A DNA stretch of 64,000 bases from Candidatus Brocadiia bacterium (GTDB taxonomy: Bacteria; Planctomycetota; Brocadiia; CAIUPP01). A program made the position numbers and the translations under genes. Positions 56,883 to 64,000 of the stretch are shown piece by piece; the first letter of the stretch is position 1, and the number at the start of each line of letters is the position of its first letter. The stretch spans positions 1-64,000 of the forward strand of contig JBEKCB010000018.1 in the NCBI GenBank assembly GCA_050015075.1, given 5' to 3'. The notes beneath the pieces were generated by a model that saw only the letters and a list, made by a program, of their open reading frames with translations, made no database searches and was not told the origin of the DNA.

Positions 56883-58234
56883 AGATTCTCCGCGCCGGAG
56901 AAACCGATCTCTCGGCCGCGCTCCGGGAACTCTCGTCGAAGCTGGGACTCGGCGGCGGCATGGTCTCCGAGAGCAGCCGCCGGAAGACGCTGGAAATCTT
57001 CGGCGAGGCGCTCACGCCGCTCGAGGTCGTGCGGAGGATCCTGCGCGACGTGCGCGCGCGCGGGGACGAGGCGATCTCCGAATACGCGCGCAAGCTCGAC
57101 GGCGCGACGCTGCCGCCGAAAAAGTTCCTTGTCACGCGCAGGGAGATGGACGCCGCTTGGCGCTCCGTGCCGGCGCGTTTCCGGAAGAGCCTCGCGCGGG
57201 CGAGCGCCAACATCCGCCGCTTCCAGGAGCGCATCAAGCTCAAGGCGCCCGCGCCGCTGTGGAACCGCGAAGGAGGCCGGGTCGCGGTGGAGTACCGGCC
57301 GCTGGCGCGCGTCGGCCTCTGCGTGCCCGGCGGCCGCGCCGCGTATCCGTCCTCGGTGCTGATGACGGCCATCCCGGCGCAGGTCGCCGGCGTGGACGAG
57401 ATCGCGATGGTCACGCCGTGCCGGCCCGACGGGACCGTCTGGCCGCAGACGCTCGCCGCGGCGCGCGTGGCGGAGCTGACCGAAGTCTATCGCATCAGCG
57501 GCGCGCCGGCGGTCGCCGCGCTCGCCTACGGGACGAAGACCATCCGCCGCGTGGACAAGATCGTCGGCCCCGGAAGCATTTTCGTCACGCTGGCCAAGCG
57601 CGAGGTGTACGGCGAAGTCGCCCTCGACATGCTTGCCGGGCCGAGCGAGGTGCTGATCATCGCCGACGCGAAGGCCGATCCGCGTTTCGCGGCCGCCGAT
57701 CTGCTCAGCCAGGCCGAGCACGACCCGGCCGCGGCCGTGCTGCTGACGCCCGATGAACGCGTGGCGCGCGAGACGCTCGCGGAGATCGAGCGGCAACTGC
57801 CGAAGCTCTCGCGCGAGAAGGCCGCGCGCGACGGCCTCGAGCGATATGGTTTGATCGCCGTCACGCGCGATCTGGACCAGGCCGTCGTCCTGGCGAACCA
57901 GTTCGCGCCGGAGCACCTTGAACTCGCGGTCGAGAAGCCGGACGCTCTGCTCGGAAGAATCCGGTCCGCCGGCGCGGTCTTCATGGGCGCCTATACGCCC
58001 GAACCGGTCGGCGATTACCTGGCCGGCCCGTCGCACGTGCTGCCGACCGGCGGCACCGCGCGGTTCTTCAGCGGACTGAGCGTGAACGATTTCCTCCGCC
58101 GCATCAGCGTGCTGCGCTACACGAAAGCGGCGCTCAGGAAGAGCGTCGCCGACATCGACACGCTCGCCCGAGCCGAGGGCCTCGACGCGCACGCGCGGGC
58201 GGCCACGATACGGTTTGAAGACGAGGGACAATAG
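56879..58234 (+). CDS. hisD: Histidinol dehydrogenase
   Basis: VPGG.AAYPSS, AGPSE, QAEH, APEHL and GDY.AGPSHVLPT. Confidence 0.95.
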   Translation: MKILRAGETDLSAALRELSSKLGLGGGMVSESSRRKTLEIFGEALTPLEVVRRILRDVRARGDEAISEYARKLDGATLPPKKFLVTRREMDAAWRSVPARFRKSLARASANIRRFQERIKLKAPAPLWNREGGRVAVEYRPLARVGLCVPGGRAAYPSSVLMTAIPAQVAGVDEIAMVTPCRPDGTVWPQTLAAARVAELTEVYRISGAPAVAALAYGTKTIRRVDKIVGPGSIFVTLAKREVYGEVALDMLAGPSEVLIIADAKADPRFAAADLLSQAEHDPAAAVLLTPDERVARETLAEIERQLPKLSREKAARDGLERYGLIAVTRDLDQAVVLANQFAPEHLELAVEKPDALLGRIRSAGAVFMGAYTPEPVGDYLAGPSHVLPTGGTARFFSGLSVNDFLRRISVLRYTKAALRKSVADIDTLARAEGLDAHARAATIRFEDEGQ

Positions 58235-58286
58235 ACTACCGGTTTCGTTCCATCGTCCATCGTCTGCAGTTCTTCTAAGGTGCAAC

Positions 58287-59363
58287 ATGAGTTACTTCCG
58301 CCGCAACATCCAGCGCATGACCGGCTACGTGCCGGGCGAGCAACCGCAGGAGAAAGGGTTTATCAAGCTCAACACGAACGAGTCGCCGTATCCGCCATCG
58401 CGGAAGGTGCTCCGCGCGGTCCGGGCGGCGGTGAACGCGGACGTGCGGCTCTACCCCGACCCGATGGCCAACGCGCTCCGGCGCAGGGCGGCGGAACTCT
58501 TCGGGACTCGGCCGGAATGCGTGCTGGCGGGGAACGGGTCGGATGAGCTGCTCACGATCGTTGTGCGCGCGTTCGCCGGGCCGAAGCGCGTCGTGGCGTA
58601 TCCGACGCCGACCTATTCGCTCTATCCGACGCTCGCCGCCATCGAGGACGCGCGCACGCGCCCGGTCCCGTACCCGCGCGATTTCTCGCTGCCCGCCGGG
58701 CTTTTCCGCAAGGGCGCGGCGGTGACGATCGTGGCGAACCCGAACAGCCCGACCGGCACCGCGGCGTTGCCGAAAGAACTCGCGCGGCTGGCGCGCGCGG
58801 TCAGCGGCGTGCTGGTGATTGACGAGGCGTACGTGGATTTCGCGGACCTCGACTGCATGGAACTCGCGAGACGCCACAGCAACGTGATCGTGCTGCGGAC
58901 GTTCTCGAAGTCGTTTTCGCTCTGCGGCCTCCGGCTCGGCCTGGCCGTCGCCGACGAGAAGCTCATCGAGGGCATGGCCAAGGTCAAGGACAGCTACAAC
59001 GTCAACCGGCTGGCGATCGTGGCGGGCGCGGCGGCGCTCGACGACATCGGCTCGATGCGGGCGAACGCGGAGAAAATCCGCCGGACGCGCGCGCGGCTGA
59101 CGGCGGCGCTGGAATCGCGCGGCTGGTTCGTTTATCCTTCGCAGAGCAACTTCATCTTCGCGCGTGTGCCGCCGCCGCTCTCGGCGCGCCGGATTTACCA
59201 GGAGCTGAAGCGCCGGAAAATCCTCGTCCGCTATTTCGACGCGCCCGGTCTCGACGACGGGCTGCGCATCACCATCGGCAGCGACCGCGAGATCAGCGCA
59301 TTGATCCGCGGCCTGCGAAGCATCGAGGAACAAAGAATTTTAACCACAGATGGACACAGATGA
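58287..59363 (+). CDS. hisC: Histidinol-phosphate aminotransferase
   Basis: KLNTNE, GNGSDE, NPNSPTG, DEAY and RTFSK. Confidence 0.95.
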   Translation: MSYFRRNIQRMTGYVPGEQPQEKGFIKLNTNESPYPPSRKVLRAVRAAVNADVRLYPDPMANALRRRAAELFGTRPECVLAGNGSDELLTIVVRAFAGPKRVVAYPTPTYSLYPTLAAIEDARTRPVPYPRDFSLPAGLFRKGAAVTIVANPNSPTGTAALPKELARLARAVSGVLVIDEAYVDFADLDCMELARRHSNVIVLRTFSKSFSLCGLRLGLAVADEKLIEGMAKVKDSYNVNRLAIVAGAAALDDIGSMRANAEKIRRTRARLTAALESRGWFVYPSQSNFIFARVPPPLSARRIYQELKRRKILVRYFDAPGLDDGLRITIGSDREISALIRGLRSIEEQRILTTDGHR

Positions 59364-59423
59364 ACACAGATACGCAATAACTTTCTTGTCCACATCTGTG
59401 CTCATCTGTGTCCATCTGTGGTT
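59343..59423. repeat. Palindrome with 10-mer (CACAGATGRA)x3 arms
   Basis: aaccacagatggacacagatgaacacagat...atctgtgctcatctgtgtccatctgtggtt; contains the hisC stop. Confidence 0.9.
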
Positions 59424-59446
59424 TCAAAATGAATTAAACTGAGGAG

Positions 59447-60043
59447 ATGAACATGGCATCCCGCAAGTCCGAGGTCCGCCGCAAGACGAAGGAGACGGAC
59501 GTGACGCTCTCGCTGGTGCTCGACGGCGGCGGCGCGGGCGCGATTTCCACCGGAGTCGGGTTCCTCGATCACATGCTCGACCTGCTGGCGCGGCACGGGC
59601 TGCTGGACCTGACCGTGAAGGCGACGGGCGATACGCACGTGGACGCGCACCACACCGTCGAGGACGTCGGCATCTGCTTCGGCCAGGCGCTGAAGGAGGC
59701 GCTCGGCGACCGCAGGGGCATCCGCCGGTTCGGCGATTGCGCCGTGCCGATGGAGGACTCGCTGGCGCAGGTGGCGCTGGACCTCGGCGGCCGCGGCGCG
59801 CTCGTCTTCAACGTCGCGTTCCCGACTCCGAAGACCGGCGATTTCGACGTGGTCCTCGTCGAGGAATTCTTCCGCGCCGTCGCGGGCAACTCCGGCATGA
59901 ACCTGCACGTCAACGTCCCGTACGGCAAGAACAGCCACCACGTCGCCGAAGCGGTCTTCAAGTCCTTCGCCCGCGCGCTGGACCAGGCGATGCAGCTCGA
60001 TCCGCGGATCAAGGGCGTGCCGTCAACGAAAGGTATGATTTAG
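59447..60043 (+). CDS. hisB: Imidazoleglycerol-phosphate dehydratase
   Basis: FLDHML, HHTVED, N.HH..EA.FK and PSTKG. Confidence 0.95.
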   Translation: MNMASRKSEVRRKTKETDVTLSLVLDGGGAGAISTGVGFLDHMLDLLARHGLLDLTVKATGDTHVDAHHTVEDVGICFGQALKEALGDRRGIRRFGDCAVPMEDSLAQVALDLGGRGALVFNVAFPTPKTGDFDVVLVEEFFRAVAGNSGMNLHVNVPYGKNSHHVAEAVFKSFARALDQAMQLDPRIKGVPSTKGMI

Positions 60044-60054
60044 GGAATAACCAA

Positions 60055-60132
60055 ACTCGTAATCGTAATCGCCGTTTTACCTACAGCCGGACGAACGGAC
60101 GAGTACGATTAGGAGCAAGATTACGATTACGA
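60055..60132. repeat. Hexamer palindrome (TCGTAA)n/(TTACGA)n
   Basis: ctcgtaatcgtaatcg...gagtacgattaggagcaagattacgattacga. Confidence 0.7.
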
Positions 60133-60184
60133 AAAGTAGGCGCTCCTGGTTTTCTCGGCTCTTAGGTTTTGTCGTTGGAACCCC

Positions 60185-61324
60185 ATGCCTCGCCCCACGA
60201 TCGTGGAAATTGATCTCTCCGCCATCCGCGACAACCTGCGCGCGATACGGGCGCTGGTTGGGCCGGCGGTGGAGATCATCGGCATGGTCAAGGCCGACGC
60301 GTACGGCCATGGCGCGGCGGCGGTCGGCCGGACGCTGGCGGCGGAGGACGTGAAGCGGTTCGGCGTGGCGCTGGTCGAGGAAGGCGCGGCGCTGCGCGCA
60401 GCGGGGATCCCCGGAGAAGTGCTCGTCCTCGGCGCGCTGCTGCCGGAGGACGCGCCGGAGATCGTCGAGAATGGGTTCGAGGCGGCGCTGAGCGACCTGG
60501 ATTTCGCCCGCCGGCTGGACGAAGTTTCCCGCCGGCGGCACGGTCCGCCGGTCGGCGTCCACGTGAAGCTCGATACCGGCATGGGCCGGTTTGGATTCCC
60601 GCTGAAGCGGGCGCTGGACGTCATCTGCGAACTGGCCGGCCTGCGCGGTCTGAGGCTGGTCGGCGCGATGACGCATTTTCCCTCGGCGGATGAAGCCGGG
60701 CCGCCGGGCCGCGGGAGCGACGGCGTGGAGTTCACGCGCGGGCAGATCGGCGCGTTCCTGAAAATCCGCGAGGCGGTCGCGGCGGCGGGAATCCGGCTGC
60801 CGCTCTGGCACGCGGCGAATTCGGCGGGCATCCTGCTGCATCCCGAGTCGCGCCTGGACGCGGTGCGGCCCGGGCTGGCGCTCTACGGCGGGTTCCCGGC
60901 GGCGCAGGTGCCGCCTCCGGCGAAGCTGCGCCAGGCGATGACGCTCAAGACACGGATCGTGCTCGTCCGCGAGTTCCCGGCCGGCGCGACGCTGGGCTAC
61001 GGGCGGACCTTCCGGACCGCACGCGCCTCGCGCATCGCGGCGCTGCCGATCGGCTATGCGGACGGATTCAGCCGCGCGCACTCGAACAAGGGGCAGGCGC
61101 TGGTCCGCGGGCGGCGCGCGCCGATCGTCGGGCGGGTGTCCATGGACACGGTGCTGGTGGACGTGACCGACGTGGCGGGCGCGCAAGCCGGCGACGAGGC
61201 GGTGCTCTACGGCCGGCAGGGCGCGGCGGAGATCTCCATCGTCGAAGCGGCCGAGACGCTCGGCACGATCCCCTACGAACTGATGACCTCGCTCACAGCC
61301 CGCGTGCCGAGGGTCTGGCGCTAA
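60185..61324 (+). CDS. alr: Alanine racemase
   Basis: VKADAYGHG, DTGMGRFG, VRPGLALYG, GYADG and GRVSMD. Confidence 0.95.
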   Translation: MPRPTIVEIDLSAIRDNLRAIRALVGPAVEIIGMVKADAYGHGAAAVGRTLAAEDVKRFGVALVEEGAALRAAGIPGEVLVLGALLPEDAPEIVENGFEAALSDLDFARRLDEVSRRRHGPPVGVHVKLDTGMGRFGFPLKRALDVICELAGLRGLRLVGAMTHFPSADEAGPPGRGSDGVEFTRGQIGAFLKIREAVAAAGIRLPLWHAANSAGILLHPESRLDAVRPGLALYGGFPAAQVPPPAKLRQAMTLKTRIVLVREFPAGATLGYGRTFRTARASRIAALPIGYADGFSRAHSNKGQALVRGRRAPIVGRVSMDTVLVDVTDVAGAQAGDEAVLYGRQGAAEISIVEAAETLGTIPYELMTSLTARVPRVWR

Positions 61325-61333
61325 ACGGTTCTA

Positions 61334-61505
61334 TTAACCACCAAGACACCAAGGCACCAAGGACGACGGCAGTTTTCGGAACCACAGATGAACACAGATG
61401 AGCACAGATACGAATTTCGTTTTGGCCCCATCTGTGTTTATCTGTGTTCATCTGTGGTTCCTAAATCCGTCATCGTCCTTGGTGCCTTGGCGTCTTGGTG
61501 GTTAA
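61334..61505. repeat. Nested palindrome: outer 8-mer arms, inner 10-mer arms
   Basis: ttaaccaccaagacaccaaggcaccaag...aaccacagatgaacacagat...atctgtggtt...cttggtgccttggcgtcttggtggttaa. Confidence 0.92.
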
Positions 61506-61509
61506 GTTC

Positions 61510-62868
61510 TCAGTCCGCCGCAGCCGCTCCGATCCGGTAGGCGTGGAAGCCGATCTTCGCCAGCGCGTCGTGGTCCAGGAAATTCCAGCCGTCGAAGAGG
61601 AAGGCGGGCTTCTCCATCGCGTCGAAGATGCGGCGGAAGTCCAGGTCGCGGTACTCCGGCCAGGCGGTCAGCAGCGCGATGGCATGCGCGCCGCGCGCGG
61701 CTTCGTAGGGGTCGGCGGTGAAACTGCACTCGGCGGCGGCTTTCAGGTCCTCCTGCGCGCTCTCGAGCGCGCGCGGGTCGCTGATCGCCAGCCGGGCGCG
61801 CTCGTCGAGCAGCAGCTTGCAGACCGCCAGCGCCGGCGAATCGCGCGTGTCGCTCGTGCCGGGCTTGAAAGCGAAGCCGAGGACGGCGATGCGTTTCCCG
61901 GCCAGCGTGTTGAACATCGTGTGGACCATCGTCTTGACGAAGCGCTCCTTCTGGTCTTCGTTCATCCGGAGCACCTCTTCCCAGTAGCGCGCCGCCTCGG
62001 GCAGGCCGTTGGATTCGCAGAGGTAGGCGAGGTGGAGGATGTCTTTGCGGAAGCAGGAGCCGCCGAAGCCCAGTCCGGCGCGGAGGAACTCGGCCCCGAT
62101 GCGGTGGTCCATGCCGACGGCGCGGCTGACCTCGGCGATGTTGGCGCCGGTGCGCTCGCAGAGGGCGGCGACGGCGTTGATCGAGCTGACGCGCTGGGCG
62201 AGCATGGCGTTGGCGGCCAGCTTGGCCAGTTCACTCGACCAGAGGCCGGTGGTAAGGATGCGGTCGCGCGGGACCCAGTGCGCGTAGATGTCCACGAGGT
62301 CCTGCTGGGCCTGGCGCCCGGTCGGCGTCGAGTGGGCGCCGATCAGCACGCGGTCGGGGTGCTCCAGGTCGCTCAGCGCGCTGCCCTCGGCGAGGAACTC
62401 GGGGTTGGAGACGACCTCGAAATGGACGCGGCCGCCGCTGCCGGAGAGGATGGCCTCCATCGCCTCGGCGGTGCGCACCGGCAGGGTGCTCTTCTCGACG
62501 ACGATTTTCGGGCGCGTGCTGCGGCGGGCGATGAGGCGGGCGGTCTGTTCCCAGTACTGCAGGTCGGCGGCTCGGCCGGCTCCCTGGCCGAAGGTCTTCG
62601 TCGGCGTGTTGACGCTCACGAAGACGATGTCCGCGCGGTCAATGCGGTCCTCGACGTCGGTGTAGAAGAAGAGGTTGCGGCCGCGCGCGAGCCGGATCGT
62701 CTCGAGCAGCCCCGGCTCGAAGATCGGCAGCCGGTCGGTCTGCCAGGCCGCGATGCGCTCCGCGTTGATGTCCACGATCTCCACGCGGTGCTCGGGGCAG
62801 TGCTTGGCGATCACGGCCATCGTCGGGCCGCCGACGTATCCGGCGCCGATGCACAGGATATTCTTCAT
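61510..62868 (-). CDS. ugd: UDP-glucose 6-dehydrogenase
   Basis: IGAGYVG, KST.P, NPEFLAEG, GFGGSCF.KD and FK..T.D.RDS. Confidence 0.95.
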   Translation of the reverse strand: MKNILCIGAGYVGGPTMAVIAKHCPEHRVEIVDINAERIAAWQTDRLPIFEPGLLETIRLARGRNLFFYTDVEDRIDRADIVFVSVNTPTKTFGQGAGRAADLQYWEQTARLIARRSTRPKIVVEKSTLPVRTAEAMEAILSGSGGRVHFEVVSNPEFLAEGSALSDLEHPDRVLIGAHSTPTGRQAQQDLVDIYAHWVPRDRILTTGLWSSELAKLAANAMLAQRVSSINAVAALCERTGANIAEVSRAVGMDHRIGAEFLRAGLGFGGSCFRKDILHLAYLCESNGLPEAARYWEEVLRMNEDQKERFVKTMVHTMFNTLAGKRIAVLGFAFKPGTSDTRDSPALAVCKLLLDERARLAISDPRALESAQEDLKAAAECSFTADPYEAARGAHAIALLTAWPEYRDLDFRRIFDAMEKPAFLFDGWNFLDHDALAKIGFHAYRIGAAAAD

Positions 62869-62997
62869 GTCCACCTCGGCGATGAAGAAAGCGCGAGATT
62901 CCACCGGCCGCGCTAACACTATACCGGTCTCGCGCGCGCGGTTCAATCGGTCTCGCGTCATTCTCCGGCGCGCGAGGGTTAATAGCGCGTCAAGTTA

Positions 62998-63026
62998 TTG
63001 ACACACGGCGCCTAACCCGATAAACT
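62998..63026 (+). promoter_or_regulatory. sigma70-like promoter
   Basis: TTGACA-17 nt-TAAACT. Confidence 0.6.
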
Positions 63027-63132
63027 CCTCCCGCATGCGTTGAAAGGCTCCCGCGGCCGCGGGCTTCCGCCTTCTCCACCGGGGACAAGACGGTTTCTTC
63101 GCCTGCCGACGGGTTCATTGCGTGGAGGCCTG

Positions 63133-63894
63133 ATGATGCCGAGCCGGACGCTCCTGGGACCAGGTCAACGGAAGCAGACCGCGACTCGGGCGCTGGTCCT
63201 CTTTTCCGGCTTTTTCGGCGACGTGTCCAACTGGGCTGCGACGGTCGAGCGCTTCCAGGAGCGGTACCGCGTCCTGCCGATGGCGTTCCAGCTCTACCGG
63301 CGCGACGCCCCCTATCACACCGTGGCCAGCCTGACGCGCACGGTGTGCGAGGAGATGGACCGGCTGGGCCTGGCGCAGGCGGTGCTCTTCGGGAACTCGA
63401 TGGGCGGGCAGATCGCCCTGAACGTGGCGCTCGAGCAGCCGCATCGCGTGGCCGGGCTGGTGCTCACCGGCTCGGCGGGGCTGATGGAGCGGAACCTGGC
63501 CGAGTACCCGCCGCTGGACCCGCCGCGAGAATACATCCGCGGCAAAGTCGAGCAGGTCTTCTTCGATCCGCGCCACGCGACCGACCAGATCGTGGACGAG
63601 GTCCAGAGCATCCTCCGCGACAACCGCAACAAGCTGCGGCTGGTGAAGCTGGCGCGGTCGGTGCGCGAGTTCAACCTGCACGACCGCCTGCCGGCGATCA
63701 CCGCGCCGACGCTGCTGGTGTGGGGAAAGCAGGACTCGATCACGCCGGTGGAGGTAGGAGAGATCTTCGCCCAGCGCCTGCCCCAGGCGCGGATGTTCGT
63801 GCTCGACCGCTGCGGCCACGCGCCGAACATCGAGCAGCCCGACGAGCTCAACCGCCTGGCCGATGAGTTCCTGGCCGAGATCGGATATGTATGA
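63133..63894 (+). CDS. Alpha/beta hydrolase
   Basis: GNSMGG nucleophile elbow, WG..D..TP and CGHAP. Confidence 0.9.
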   Translation: MMPSRTLLGPGQRKQTATRALVLFSGFFGDVSNWAATVERFQERYRVLPMAFQLYRRDAPYHTVASLTRTVCEEMDRLGLAQAVLFGNSMGGQIALNVALEQPHRVAGLVLTGSAGLMERNLAEYPPLDPPREYIRGKVEQVFFDPRHATDQIVDEVQSILRDNRNKLRLVKLARSVREFNLHDRLPAITAPTLLVWGKQDSITPVEVGEIFAQRLPQARMFVLDRCGHAPNIEQPDELNRLADEFLAEIGYV

Positions 63895-63899
63895 GAGGC

Positions 63900-64000
63900 G
63901 TGATCGGTAAGGTCTTCCGGGGCCTGTCCGGTCCTCGGATGCGGACCGTCGCGGAATGGCAGCGCGACCCGGCGCCGACCCAGAAAGCCCTGCTCGACCA
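63900..64000 (+). CDS. 5' end of a CDS (possibly GH3-family)
   Basis: GAGG RBS and GTG; MIGKVFRGLSGPRMRTVAEWQRDPAPTQKALLD stays open to the window edge; family call weak. Confidence 0.4.
   Translation, partial: MIGKVFRGLSGPRMRTVAEWQRDPAPTQKALLD

Overview
GC-rich bacterial chromosomal window, possibly Planctomycetota (inferred from the N-terminal 'TLEIFGEALTPLEVV' extension on HisD, a PVC-style STAS protein, and lpxD/Omp85 genes indicating a diderm). It holds about 55 CDS, mostly housekeeping: argG, pyrF, murJ, lpxD, araB/araD, fba, miaB-rsmB-fmt-def, acp-fabF, hisDCB, alr and ugd. There is one atypical tRNA(CAT), and I found no CRISPR array, rRNA, transposase or integrase. Four things stand out. 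(1) A low-GC islet (~40.6-43.35 kb) has four ORFs chained by ATGA overlaps: hicB, a truncated/chimeric hicA, a Sll1717-like P-loop ATPase and a tandem winged-helix-like protein. This is a candidate uncharacterised defence system. (2) The intergenic DNA is full of nested palindromic elements of several families, and some composites recur as intact units tens of kb apart. (3) A ~170-bp promoter+palindrome duplication brackets an inserted membrane-protein gene. (4) The tRNA heads a non-pyrrolysine MttB / UroD-like / YddG / cyclodeaminase-like cluster, and elsewhere there is a DUF2062-like cardiolipin synthase fusion. All family calls come from motif recognition by eye, not database searches.
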